64,000 bases of DNA. Source: Carcharhinus longimanus (Eukaryota). The notes beneath the pieces are model-generated. The model was not told the origin of the DNA. It saw only the letters and a program-made list of their open reading frames with translations, and ran no database searches. Shown here piece by piece: positions 11,946 to 23,860 of the stretch; position 1 is the first letter of the stretch, and each line of letters starts with the position of its first letter. The position numbers were made by a program, and so were the translations under genes. The stretch covers positions 31,282,398 to 31,346,397 of the forward strand of contig JASCQW010000139.1 in assembly GCA_030264375.1 (NCBI GenBank), read 5' to 3'.

Positions 11946-12342
11946 NNNNNNNNNNNNNNNNNNNNNNNNNNNNNNNNNNNNNNNNNNNNNNNNNNNNNNN
12001 NNNNNNNNNNNNNNNNNNNNNNNNNNNNNNNNNNNNNNNNNNNNNNNNNNNNNNNNNNNNNNNNNNNNNNNNNNNNNNNNNNNNNNNNNNNNNNNNNNNN
12101 NNNNNNNNNNNNNNNNNNNNNNNNNNNNNNNNNNNNNNNNNNNNNNNNNNNNNNNNNNNNNNNNNNNNNNNNNNNNNNNNNNNNNNNNNNNNNNNNNNNN
12201 NNNNNNNNNNNNNNNNNNNNNNNNNNNNNNNNNNNNNNNNNNNNNNNNNNNNNNNNNNNNNNNNNNNNNNNNNNNNNNNNNNNNNNNNNNNNNNNNNNNN
12301 NNNNNNNNNNNNNNNNNNNNNNNNNNNNNNNNNNNNNNNNNN

Positions 12343-12514
12343 ATTAGGCATTGCACCTCCTCCAAGGCTTGATCTCATTTGCATCTTAGCCAAAAGACCG
12401 AGATGCCACATTTAAAAATTGCTTCAAATGAAACTAAAATGTAACCTAATAACTTCAACTAAGTACAGCATGTGGGTACTACACCTAGTCTAAGCCAAAA
12501 GGCCGAGAAGTGAT
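12343..12514 (-). mobile_element. U2 snRNA-headed element (U2 nt 1-38 at 12514-12477 plus a second U2-like segment at 12406-12368); not a U2 gene
   Basis: The minus strand reads ATCACTTCTCGGCCTTTTGGCTTAGACTAGGTGTAGTA versus vertebrate U2 ATCGCTTCTCGGCCTTTTGGCTAAGATCAAGTGTAGTA (33/38). U2 similarity stops after nt 38. Confidence 0.7.
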
Positions 12515-12702
12515 TTGTTGTGGTCACAAACTGACCTTGAAACTGCAATCCAGTTTTGAAAGTACACAAAAATTTATATTTTTGTGGAAGATTTTAGTCT
12601 TAGACTTAATGTTAGTAATTGTCTCATTTTACGCTTACATTCATACATTCCAGTGCCATTTTGTTTCTGCTTAAAATGAATAAATTCAGAGGCATGTTGG
12701 GG

Positions 12703-12985
12703 TGGCATGGTGGTACAGTGGTTAGCACTGCTACCTCACAGTGCCAGCAATCTGCGTTTGATTCCTGGCTTGGATCACTGTCTGTGCGAAGTCTGCGTGT
12801 TTTTCCTCGACTTTGCAGGTGCCCCGGTTTCCTCCCACAGTCCCAAAGATCTACTCGTTAGGTTCACTGGCTCTGCTAAATTCTCCCTCAGTGTACCTGA
12901 ACAGGAGTGTGGCGATTAGGGAATTTCACAGAATCTTCATTGCACAGTTAATGTAAGCCTACTTGTGACACTAATAAATAAAACT
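12703..12985 (+). mobile_element. HE1-head SINE with an alternative tail
   Basis: Head ggtggcatggtggtacagtggttagcactgct; tail ctaaattctccctcagtgtacctgaacagg...gttaatgtaagcctacttgtgacactaataaataaa. The same tail is at about 41480-41600. Confidence 0.75.
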
Positions 12986-13205
12986 AAAAATAAAAACATT
13001 TAAATAGTCCTATAGTGCAATCGGTACTCAAAACAAAGGGGTTGCCTGATTTGAATTTTTGACAGAGGCAGATTTGCGTCAGAGCTGGATTTGTGCCAGG
13101 GCTTACTTAGTCATGGTGGTCAAAGAGGAAGAGAGGTTGTACACTTAAAAAGCAATATACTCATGCTGAAAATCAAATTTAAAGCTAGAACATTATAGCA
13201 ATACC

Positions 13206-13713
13206 CTCTCCCTCAATGTCAATAAAATGAAGGAGATTGTCATTGACTTCAGCAAGCTCAAAGGAGAACATGCCCCTGTCTACATCTATGGGGATGAAAT
13301 AGAAAGGGTTGAGAGCTTCAAGTTTTTAGGTGTCCAGATCACCAACAACCTGTCCTGGTCCCCTCACGCTGGCACTATAGTTAAGAAAGCCCACCAACGC
13401 CTCTACTTTCTCAGAAGACTAAGGAAATTTGGCATGTCAGCTACTATTCTCACCAACTTTGACAGATGCACCACTGAAGGCATTCTTTCTGGCTGTATCA
13501 CAGCTTGGTATGGCTCCTGCTCTGCCCAAGACTGCAAGGAACTACAAAAGGTCGTGAATGTAGACCAATCCATCATGCAAACCAGCCTCCCTTCCATTGA
13601 CTCCGTTTACACTTCCCGCTGCCTCAGTAAAACAGCCAGCATAATTAAGAAACCCACGCGCCCTGGACATTCTCTCTTCCACCTTCTTCCTTCAGGAAAA
13701 GATACAAAAGTCT
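13206..13713 (+). mobile_element. Rex1/Babar-type non-LTR retrotransposon, C-terminal RT region (5' truncated)
   Basis: Open frame LSLNVNKMKEIVIDF...VESFKFLGVQITNNLSWS...KKAHQRLYFLRRLRKFG...ILSGCITAWYG...HSLFHLLPSGK. Confidence 0.85.
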
Positions 13714-14149
13714 NNNNNNNNNNNNNNNNNNNNNNNNNNNNNNNNNNNNNNNNNNNNNNNNNNNNNNNNNNNNNNNNNNNNNNNNNNNNNNNNNNNNNNN
13801 NNNNNNNNNNNNNTGAACTTCAAAGTGGCAAATGAAGATCAATGCGGAGAAGAGTGATGGCAGGAACATAGAGAGGCAGTATAAAATAAATGGAAAAACT
13901 CCAATTGGATTTCTATCTGAAAAGAAATAATGTGCAATGTTATGGGGATAAGGCAATGGGGTGGGATTAGGTAGAATGTTCTTTCAACAAGTCGGTGCAG
14001 CCTCTGCACTGTACAGATTCTGTGATTCCATAACTTACGGTGAATAAAATAATGACCAGTTACATTTTCAAGTGGAAAAAATTTTGCTGCCTTGCAAATA
14101 TTGGGATTTATCACATCACATGAAGCTGGTTCTTAAAAATATCAGGAGC

Positions 14150-16320
14150 AGTTTTCTCCTCCTGCCAATGCTGGGAATCGTGGTGGGCGGGAGTACTTAA
14201 TTTGGCACTATTAAAAAGTCCATTGCCCACCACTGGAAAATTAGTTTGGAAGTCTGTTCTCCCAACTTTGGCAGATTAAAGGTGGGTCAAGTTGCCCAAT
14301 GAACAATTTTAGGAATCCCATCAGCATTCGGTAGCATCTCCTGCATGCTAATTGAAAGGCCATAGAGTCTTAATCCCAAATATAGTTTCCCTCCAGCAAG
14401 AATTTAAAATGTTCAGTTTTATGATTATGTATTAGTGCCTCGCCCCTGGTGACCATCGCTTCTTCCACAATCTTGAAGTCAGTGAATGTTGCTTTCGCCT
14501 TCTTGGGGCCTTCAACTAAATTCTTCTGGCTGCTGGTAGCAAACACTGTGCCAAGGTTGTGGGTCAGATAGGGCAGAAAGATGAAGTGAAAACTGAACAG
14601 CCAGAAAGCAGACTTACCATGGAGGGGAGTGGGGGTGGGGGAGGGGGGTGCTCTCTTAGAGGGTAGTGTCAGTGGTGTTAGGAAGGAACTGTTGCAGTCA
14701 GAGGAAGGAGTCAGATAACAAGTCCAGGGTGAGGGTCTGGTAGATGAAGGTCTCAGGAGCATATGGGGTTACTGAGTGGGACAAGTGGCTAGGATAACAT
14801 GAGGGAGCAGGATCTGGACAAGATTGGTCATGGGTGTTGGCTGTAAGGAGAGGGAAGACTTGAGGAGGCAGATAGTGATAGGGTCCAGAGTTATGGGGGA
14901 GGTTCAAGCATGACAGAGGGGAGAGGAATGGTGATTCTAACTGGGCCAACTGTGATAGGACAAAATCAGTGGGTAACAGGGAGGCAGAAAGAAAGCAAAC
15001 TGGCCTTGAGCGCAGTGTTAGTCAGTCAGTGAGACCCCCTCGAAGTGGGAGGAGGCTTTTTTCAAGTGGATGCAGTTCAAGGAGTAAAGGGACACCCTAA
15101 TAATTATAAGGCAGCTGGATATGACCATGCTTCTTTTTGTTCTCTCTCTGGTGAAGCCCACACTGCAGTAGGTTTGTTCCTGACTCATGTACCTTATAAC
15201 TTTGAGATTCCAGAAAGATGTGGAATTGCTGTTCATACTGTGAAATTTTCCATTGACTGCTGTCAGAGGCAGGATGGGGAGGAGGATGCCTTAAGGACAT
15301 GGTTGCTGGTCACAACCGCTATTCTCCTGGGTGAATGTTATGGCTGATTAATCTTTCTATGCTGCCATGGCAATGGTCTCTCTATAGAGTCTCAAGAGTA
15401 GAGGAGGCAAGCGGAATTCCATCAGAGGCAGGCTTCTAGTACATAGCATTCATCACCTTGGTCGAAGAGAAGCAATGTCTCCATACATAGTCATGCAAGA
15501 ACAGAGGAACAACCATCTCTCACACTCCAGGATGCCCTTTACCTGGGAGAGATGAGGCAGGAATGCCATTTCTAGATAGTGGCCAGGCAAAGGCTGGCCG
15601 GCTGGCCTGCTGACTATGAGATGGAAGGAAATCTGTAAAGGACATGCTTACTTCAATTGGTTCACATGTTCACTGAGATGTTGATGATGCACACTGCAGG
15701 CAACCCTACCTTGGTAATAATTCCCACCCTGGAGAAGGGGGGCTGATTGCAAATGCCACAGAGCCAGAAGGAGCAAGGGCCTGAGCAGCAAGAGACAGAG
15801 GAGCCTCCAAAACGTCAAGATGCTGACAAACATGGACCACTGCAATGGCAAGTATTGGGCGTATCGCCAGCACTCTTATCTAGAGATGAGTGAAAGGCAA
15901 TGAGTGAAAGTTTGCGAGTTTACTATCAAATAAATCGGTTGGACTTAAACCTGGTGTTGTCAGACTTCTTACTGTGTTTACCCCAGTCCAACGCCGGCAT
16001 CTCCACATCATCAAAGGCAATGCCAGAGACAACCTCATATATCCCAGCATGTGGTTATTCACATCTGCCAGCTTCTCCAGTACAAGCTACAGCTGCAAGG
16101 AGTCTGGTGGAGCAATGCAGAGCCCTTGGCCTACATTGAGTGAATGTCTGTCAACGTGCCTTTTCAATATGGTAGCGTGACCTTCGACCCCATGAGGTGA
16201 CAGCAGGTGGGGAAGGGGATGGGGAGCAACTTCCTGCCCACTTTGCCATTACTGCTGAGCTCCTAGCAAATGCATAATTAATTAGTCGGCCAGCAAAAGA
16301 TCATGTCATCCCACTGTCCA
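14150..16320 (-). mobile_element. Possible highly decayed PIF/Harbinger-like DNA transposon
   Basis: GC-richer block with faint minus-strand peptides: ATFTDFKIVEEAMVTRGEAL (Myb/SANT-like) and VNGKFHSMN (resembles Harbinger nuclease NRKGFHS). This is pattern recall only. Confidence 0.3.
15906..16010 (+). mobile_element. Penelope-like 3' fragment (same family as 5040-5140)
   Basis: gagtttactatcaaataaatcggttggact...gtcagacttcttactgtgtttaccccagtccaacgccggcatctccacatc. Confidence 0.8.
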
Positions 16321-17034
16321 GCAGTATTCTTCATTTCCAGGGACTCAAATTAATAGTCCAAAATATTTTTGATATGGAAACTAATTCCAATTACATACAA
16401 TATGGACAAGTTATTAAATTAGCTTTATGAAAGAGATCCAATTCAAGGAAAATATTTCATCGTATAATTTTAGTCGATGGTCATTTAAGATCAAATTATC
16501 TGCCTGCCTTCTCACACCATAACTACAGTGCTATGCAAATTACTCTGTTAATGTGAGCAAAGTCTTCACAGATGCAGATCAAATATTTAGCACTTCTAAT
16601 CAGTTAGCGGTAATTAACTGTGAGGAAGGCTTCTGTGCTCCTCTGAGTTTTGGTCATATGGTGAAGCCTTTAGGACCCCGTGAAGACTGAACTGCAGCAG
16701 TGACATTAGAGATGAGCAAAGAGAATATCTGGGTGTAAAGGTCAGCATTGGAGAGCCTGGGCTCCAAGTAGGGAGGAAGGACATGTGTGAAGCTACGAGA
16801 TCTCATAGAGAGAGTGTGGCTCATGGTCGGAAATACAAGAAAGTGCACAGCAACTGTAAAACAACAGTTAAATGAAAGGCTGGAAAACAGAAACTGAGAG
16901 TGAAATCAGAAAAGGAGACTGACAATGGAGAAGAAAGGGAAGATGATTGTGAAGGAGAGGGGGAGGCTTAAAAAGAAGCGTGCAAAGAAATACAGTTTAG
17001 AAGACTGGGAAGAAAAGGGAATATGCACTGAAGG

Positions 17035-17297
17035 TGAGAGGAAGAAAGTTCAAAGGAGATGTGAGGGGCAAGTTTTTTACACAGAGAGTGACAGATATCT
17101 GAAATGCGCTGCCAATTGTGGTGGTGCAGGCAGATAGAATAGGGGCGTTTAAGGGGCTTTTAGATCAGCACATGAATATGCAAGGATAAAGGAATATGGA
17201 CCTAGGGCAGGCAGAAGGGATTAGTTTAATTTGGCATCATGTTGGCACAACATCGTGTGCTGAAGGGCCTGTTCCTGTGCTGTACTGTTCTATGTCC
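17035..17297 (+). mobile_element. CR1 LINE 3' fragment
   Basis: Encodes G.RFKGDVRG.FFTQRV-like sequence and ends in gaagggcctgttcctgtgctgtactgttctatg. Confidence 0.75.
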
Positions 17298-18223
17298 TAG
17301 AAGGAAAAGGGATGCAGCTGCAGAACATCAGGTAAGCGAGTTTATGTAATCCTAAAGCTGCAAAAGTAAAAGTTCTGAATTTTATAATATTCAATTCCAG
17401 GTTTCCTTCACAATGTTATTCTGACCAATTCCAGAGTGCACATTTGCCAAGGGCTGCACAATCTGCTTTTACACAAACAAATTTATTAACTAGGATTTGG
17501 CATTAAAGGAAAACAAACTTTTAAACACTGAATATGGAGAGTTTTAATCAGAAATAGCCTCACAAACTTCTGTAGATTGATTCCAATCTACGATTCCCCT
17601 CGTATGGAGTACCTGCCCGTAGACAGGCTGTCAGAGAAACACTGAGAAGAGGGTAAGGCCCTGACAAATCTCCTACACTCATTCTCATACACCTCCTGGT
17701 GGACTCTCACTGATAACACTGGTAGAGCCATGGCAGTTGGTTGTCTGTCCTCTCCTTCAGCAAGAGAATGGTAGGTGATGTCATGGGATCAAAAAGAAGG
17801 GAATAGATACTGCAAAATGTTGGTATACATTTTACACCAAAAGAACATCCCGGAATTTTACGCATCAGGTGGACAGCCCGATGTTGGCGAGATGTGTGCG
17901 TCACTGGCATGCAGGGAAGCTGGTAAGCCTTCCCTCCAGATTTCATAACATTTCTTTTAGTGCAAAACCAATAAGCTAAATCAATCAAACTCAGGGACAA
18001 AGCAAGAAGGGCAGCCAGCAAAACGAACAAAAACGCCCAAACCAAAGTGTAAAGGCAACTTAATGCATCAACCTAAAATGCAATAATGCACCCCAGCTCC
18101 TGAAGGGCCCAATGGGCACAGAAGGCCTTGATGGTGCCCGTGAAAGGATTTCATAGGTAGCTGCCTTAGGCCACTGGGGTATTGTCCGATTCAGAATGGC
18201 CGCGCATCCGCAGAAGGCCAGCA

Positions 18224-20106
18224 GATGAATTATGAGGATAAACTACCTCAGAATATAAAAACAGATAGCAAAAGTTTCTTCAAATATTTAAAACGAGAAA
18301 GAATGGCTAAAGTAAACATTGGTCTTTTAGAGGATGAGAAGAGGGATGTAATAACTGGAAATGACTAAATGGTTAAGGCATTGAACAGGTATTTTGTATC
18401 AGCCTTCACAGTGGAAGGCGCAAATAACATGCCAAAAATTGATGACAAGCAGGTTATGGCAGGTGAGCACCTAGAAACTATCATTATCATGAAACAGGTA
18501 GTGTTGGGCAAGCTAATGGGGCTAAAGATAGACATGTCTCTTGGCTGTGATGGAATGTAACTCAGGCTACTAAAAGAGATGGTGCGGGAAATAGCAAATG
18601 CACTAGTGGTAATTTACCAAAACTCGCTGGACTCTGGGGTACTTCACGCAGTTTAGAAAACAGCAAATATGACGCCACTGTTTGAAAAAGGAGGTAGACA
18701 AAAGGCGGGTAACTGTAGGCTGGTTAGTTTAATTTCTGTAATAGGGAAAATGCTTGAATCTATCATCAAGGAAGAAATAGCGAGACATATGGATATAAAT
18801 TGTCCCATTGGAAAGAACAGCATGGGTTCATGAAGGGCAGGTCATATTTGACTAATTTGGTGGGATTCTTTGAGAACATCACATGCTCAGTGGACAATGA
18901 AGAACCTGTGGATGTGGTGTATCTGAATTTGACAAGGTGCCACACCAAAGGCTGCTGCATAAGATAAAAATGCACAGTGTTACGGGTAATGTATTAGCCC
19001 AGACAGACGATTGGTTAATGAATAGAAAGCAAAGAATGAGGGTAAATGGGTGTTTTCCAAGTTGATCAGTGACTAGTGGTGTGCCTCAGGGATCAGTGTT
19101 GAAACTGCAGTTGTTTACAATTTACATCGATGATTTGGAGTTGGGACCAAGAATTGTGTGTCAAAATTTGCAGATGACACTAAGATGAGTGGCAGAGCAA
19201 AGTGTGCAGAGGATGCTGAAAGTCTGCAAAGGGATAGAGACAGTCTAATTGAGTCGGCAAGGATCTGGCAGATGGAGTACAATATTGGTAAAGGTGAGGT
19301 CATCCATTTTGGTAGGAATGGACTATTATTGAAATGGTAAAAAATTGTAGCATGCTGCTGTGCAGAGGGATCTGGGTGTCCTTGTGCATGGATCACAAAA
19401 AAATTAGCTTGCAGATGCAGCAGATAATTAAAAAGACAACTGGAATTTTGTCCTTCATTACTGGAATTTATAAACAGCGAGGTTATATTGCAGCTATATA
19501 AGGTGCAGGTGAAGCCACACCTAGAACATTGTGTACAGTTATGGCTGATTGTGTACAGTTGTGGTCTCCTTACTTGAGAAAGGATATAGTGGCACTGGAG
19601 GGCGTGCAGAAGAGGTTCAGTCAGTTGATTCCGGAGTTGAGAGGGTTGGCTTATGACGAAAGACTGAATAGACTCGGACTATACTCACTGGAATTCAGAA
19701 GAATGAGGAGAGATCTTATAGAAACATATAAGATTATGAAGGAAATAGATAAGATAGAAACAGGGAAGTAATTGTTTACACTGGCGGGTGAAACTAGAAT
19801 TAGGGGGCAGAGCCTCAAAATAAGGGGAAGCAGATTTAGGACTGAGTTGAGGAGGAACTTATTCACACAAAGGGTTGTGATTCTATGGAATTCCCTGCCC
19901 AGTGAAGCAGTTGAGGCTACCTTGTTGAATGCTCTTAAGGCAAGGATAAATAAATTTTTGAACAGTAAAGGAATTAAGGGTTATGGTGAGCAGGCAGGTA
20001 AGTGGAGCTGAGTCCACAAAAAGATCAGCCACAATTTTACTGAATGGCAGAGCAGGTTCAAGGGGTCAGATGACCTACTCCTGCTCCTAGTTCTTATGTT
20101 CTTATG
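18224..20106 (+). mobile_element. CR1 LINE, about 1.9 kb, 5'-truncated, decayed ORF2 (RT) and 3' tail
   Basis: Peptide remnants LNRYFVSAFT, SKFADDTK, VQLWSPYLRKDIVALEGVQKRF, GLYSLEFRRMRRDLIETYKI and FTQRVVILWNSLP. Tail cctactcctgctcctagttcttatgttcttatg. Confidence 0.92.
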
Positions 20107-20173
20107 AATATTGGTCCAGGGTGATGGGGAAACTCCTCTTGGGAATAGGTGCTGCTACTAATTATTTTTCACT

Positions 20174-20282
20174 CACCTCTTGAAGGAGCAGCACTCTGCT
20201 CACAATTCCAAATAAACCTGTTGGACTTTAATCTGGTGTTGTGAAACTTCTTACTGTGCCCACCCCAATGCAATGCCAGTGC
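20174..20282 (+). mobile_element. Decayed Penelope-like 3' fragment upstream of the NIPSNAP2 promoter
   Basis: gaaggagcagcactc...ccaaataaacctgttggactttaatctggtgttgtgaaacttcttactgtgcccacccc. Confidence 0.7.
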
Positions 20283-20419
20283 ACTAAGCTCGAATATCAG
20301 CAGCTTGAAATGTGTGCAGATTAATGATGGAGACTCTTTGAAATGTGGCTCCCCCCGAGAAGAGGAAAGCCTTGGAGCTCATTCCTGGAAACGAAGGAGG
20401 GTTTTCCATTTCAGCTGGG

Positions 20420-20528
20420 CAGCCATAGCCTGAAGCTGCTGTTGCTAGGGAAGGAGGCCGGGCGGGTGGCGCATGCGCCGTGTCCCTGGGCGCCGGGGTG
20501 AATGTCACCTCCACAGCAAGATGGCGGC
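20420..20528 (+). promoter_or_regulatory. NIPSNAP2: CpG-island promoter / 5' end of NIPSNAP2
   Basis: GC-rich island at about 20420-20800. Perfect NRF1 palindrome GCGCATGCGC at 20469-20478 with a GC-box-like GGGCGGG just upstream. YY1-type AAGATGGCGGC at 20518-20528 overlaps the ATG. Confidence 0.75.
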
Positions 20529-20636
20529 CAGAGTTCTGGGTAACATTGTGGCCTCTGCGAGGAGGGCCACGGCCCGGGCACAGGGCGAAAGCCGGGCCCT
20601 GGCGGCCACCAAGACTGGCACCGCAACCACAGCCAG
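20521..20636 (+). CDS. NIPSNAP2: NIPSNAP2 (GBAS) coding exon 1, mitochondrial presequence-like
   Basis: ATG GCG GCC in strong context. Translates MAARVLGNIVASARRATARAQGESRALAATKTGTATTA(R). Donor CAG|GTCAGT; phase 2 matches the start of exon 2. Confidence 0.85.
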
Positions 20637-22089
20637 GTCAGTGTACCCCGCGAGGCTGCCTTCGGCCTCTGCCGTCGCTTCGGGCTTCAAAACATTGCTG
20701 GAGGCCGCACCGGGTTAAACTGAGACAAAGTTTACTCCCAGCCGGCCGACTGGCCTGGCCTGGCCTGGCGGGCGGGCGCCTCCCTTTTCCTGTCCGCCAA
20801 AAAACTATATATAATGTCAGGTGTCACTGTGCATTTTTTGTTTTAACTTGTCCCTCCACGCAGTCACCAGCAGTGTATAGTTAATTTAAGCGCTGTGTTT
20901 AGCAGGTGTCCCGATGATACGGCTGGCAGTTAATTAGCTGCAAATCTATTTCCCATGCTTAACTCGGAAGTTTTTTTTTGCGCAGACTGGCATTTGTAGG
21001 GTTTGCATTTTTGTCAAGGTCATTTTATCTTAAGCAGTTTTAATGTGTTGCCAAGGCTGTGTTCGTGTATCCATTTTGTTCAAAATACAACCCTTCGTTG
21101 GGTAACTACATCAATTGGTTTATGAAAACTATTTAAAAACGTCCCTGTATTTGTTCATTTCCAGCAAAAAAAAGACATTGGAATGTGTGGCGAACAAGCT
21201 AGCATTATATTATGTTAGTATCAGAGCAAAAGCAAAACAAGATAGTTACATTAAACCTAAGACTAAAACCTTCCACAAAAATGTAATTTTTTTTGTATGC
21301 TTTCAGAACAAAATTGTAGTTTCGCGTTCAATTTCTGACCACAACAAAAGTATAAAACTCTGGTCTATATGCCAATTTGTTGATTGTTATAGCAAGTAAT
21401 TATGGATTTGTGCATTGACATTTGAACATTCTACTATGGGACAGGAAAATGTTACTTGTGAGAAATTTGGATTTTCATTTTAGTGTTATCCAGACTTTTT
21501 TTTCACCAATGTTGCTGTTCCAAAGAGGAAGAGAGTATGCCCTTATCTAGTTTGTTGTGATGAAATGAGCAATTGGACAACCTAAAAAAAAGCTGACCAC
21601 AATGCAATTTTGTTCCATGTGAGAATAAGAACATAAAATTGGGTATTCACATAGTCTCAAGTACAACATTCCACATTACTGTTGTATTAGATCAATGTGC
21701 TATACAAACACAGAATCACATTGAGGTGTATGCTCTATTTCTCTGACCAAACACTTAGTATCCAGTTTACTCTATCCCCTGCTGTTCCAACATTGTGCTG
21801 ATAGATTCAGTTGTCCAAAATGTTAAGATGAAAAGAGGGAATATTGAAAATGGAGCTAGAAGTACATTGTCAATGATAAGAGTTCTGTGGGTGAATAAGG
21901 AGAAAAGACAATGTGTAACTTTAAAGAAGTTAGCATTTAGCACTCAAAGAGTTTGAATAAATAAAAGCATACAAGAAAGTGACAAAAAAGTTAAGACTAA
22001 GAGAAAATGATTTTAAACTTATTTGTAATGGTACCTTTGATGTTATAAGATCGCAAGACACTTCATAGCAGTATTATCAAGTGTTAAAC

Positions 22090-23860
22090 GCCGAATACAT
22101 AACATATATGCAGTTGGAAGGAAATTGCCCTCAGAGCCCTCAATATCAGATGGAATTCCATGAAGGCTCTTGGCATCGGGTCAAACATGGGCAAGGAAAA
22201 CTCCTGCTAGTTACCATCACCCCTGCCCTTACTGATGAAAATATTGAATACCATTTGGAGGAAGTACTGAGGTGGCAAGGTCACAGAATGTACTCTAGAT
22301 GAGGACTTAATTGTGATGCAAGGTGTGTCACCTCTAACTGAGCTGACTAAAAGACATTGCTGCTAGACCAGCTCTCTGTGACAGGTGGTGAGGAGAACAC
22401 CGACTTGACTTTGTCCTCACCAGTTTACCAGTAGCAGATGTGTCTGTCCATTACAGCAAAGGAGTGAACACTGCAATCATGGCATCCTTCTTCAGCCAGA
22501 TGTGCTGACCAGATGTTCTTGGGCTCTTTCTGAGACTTCTGCCATCACTGATGTCAGTTTTCTGTCAGTTTGATTCACTTCACTTGATGTCAAGAAACAG
22601 CTGAAGGCACTGGATACTACAAATGTTTTGGACCCAGCAATAGTACTGGTGACGTGCTTCAAAAATATCCGTTCCCCAAACCAAGCTGTTTCAATATAGC
22701 TACAACAATGGCATCTACCCAACAATGTGGAAGGTTGCCCTGGTATGTTTTATCACCAGAAAGCAGGATAAATTTAACCTAGCCAAATACTACCCCATCA
22801 GTCTACTCTCAATCATCAGCAAAGTGATCAAAGGTGTTCTTGACAGTGGCACTTAGCAATAACCTGATAATTGACGCTCAGCTTGGGTTCCACAAGGGCA
22901 ACTCAGCTCCTGACCTCATTACCACCTTTGTCCAAACATGGACAGAAGAACTGACTTCAAGAGGTTAGGTGAGGCTGATTGCCCTTGATATCAAGGCAAT
23001 ATTTAACTGAGTATGGCATCAAAAGAGCCCTGGCAAAACTTGAGTCAATAGGAAAAAAAAGGGAAAAACACCACTGATTGCACAAATCTTTTTTGCTAGG
23101 TATGGCTACATTGTGGTTGTTGAAGGTTAATCACCTCAATCCCAGGACGTATCTGTAGGAGTTCCTCAGGGTAATGTCCTAGGCCCAATCATATTCTAGT
23201 GCTTCATCAACGACTTTCCCTCTATTAAAAGGTCAGAAGTGAGATATTTGCTGTTGATTGCATAATGTTCAGCACCATTTGCGATGACTCTGATACTGAA
23301 GTAGTTTGTGCCCATATCCTGCAAAATTTGAACAGTTTGCAGACTTGGGCTGAACGTAGAACAAATGTTACTTGTCATTTTCATGCCAGGCAATGACCAT
23401 CTCCAACAAGAGGGAATCCAACCATCTCCTCATGACATTCAGTGGCATACTATCAATGAATCCTCCACTATCCTGGAGGTTATTGTTGATCAGAAACTGA
23501 ACTAAACAATATGATTACTGTGGCTACAAGAGCAGGTCAGACTGGGAATTCTGTGATGAGTAATTCACCTCCAGACTCACCAGTACCTGTCCACAGTGTA
23601 CAAGGCACAAATCAGGAGCATGATGGAATATTCTCCATTTGCATGGACTTGAGCATCTCCAGCAACACTTTTAAGCTTGATATCAACCAGGACAAAGCAA
23701 CCTGCTTGATTAGCACCCTGTTCACCACCTTCAACATTCAGTTTCCTAACCTCCGATGCACAGTGGTGGCAGTTTGTATCATCTATAAGATACACTGTAG
23801 TAACTCACCAAAGATCCTTCGACAGTACCTTCCAAAGCTGCCTGCTGTTTGTGTTCAAAG
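22090..23860 (+). mobile_element. Decayed CR1/L2-group LINE in NIPSNAP2 intron 1
   Basis: RT remnants Y.PISLLSIISKV (about 22790-22830), ALDIKA.F (about 22981), GVPQG.VLGP (about 23158-23190), and a 3' part matching the fragment at 62615-62950. Confidence 0.8.

Noticed and set aside
11856-12411. Long ORFs spanning N runs (also 27326-27724 and 60193-60798)
   Set aside because: Their length comes from translating N gaps as X.
12477-12514. Functional U2 snRNA gene
   Set aside because: Only nt 1-38 are present, with 5 substitutions. There is no Sm site or 3' stems and no recognisable PSE upstream.
20284-20884. Multiple overlapping ORFs on both strands at the NIPSNAP2 5' end
   Set aside because: These are expected from stop-codon scarcity in a CpG island. 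Only 20521-20636 fits the spliced gene.
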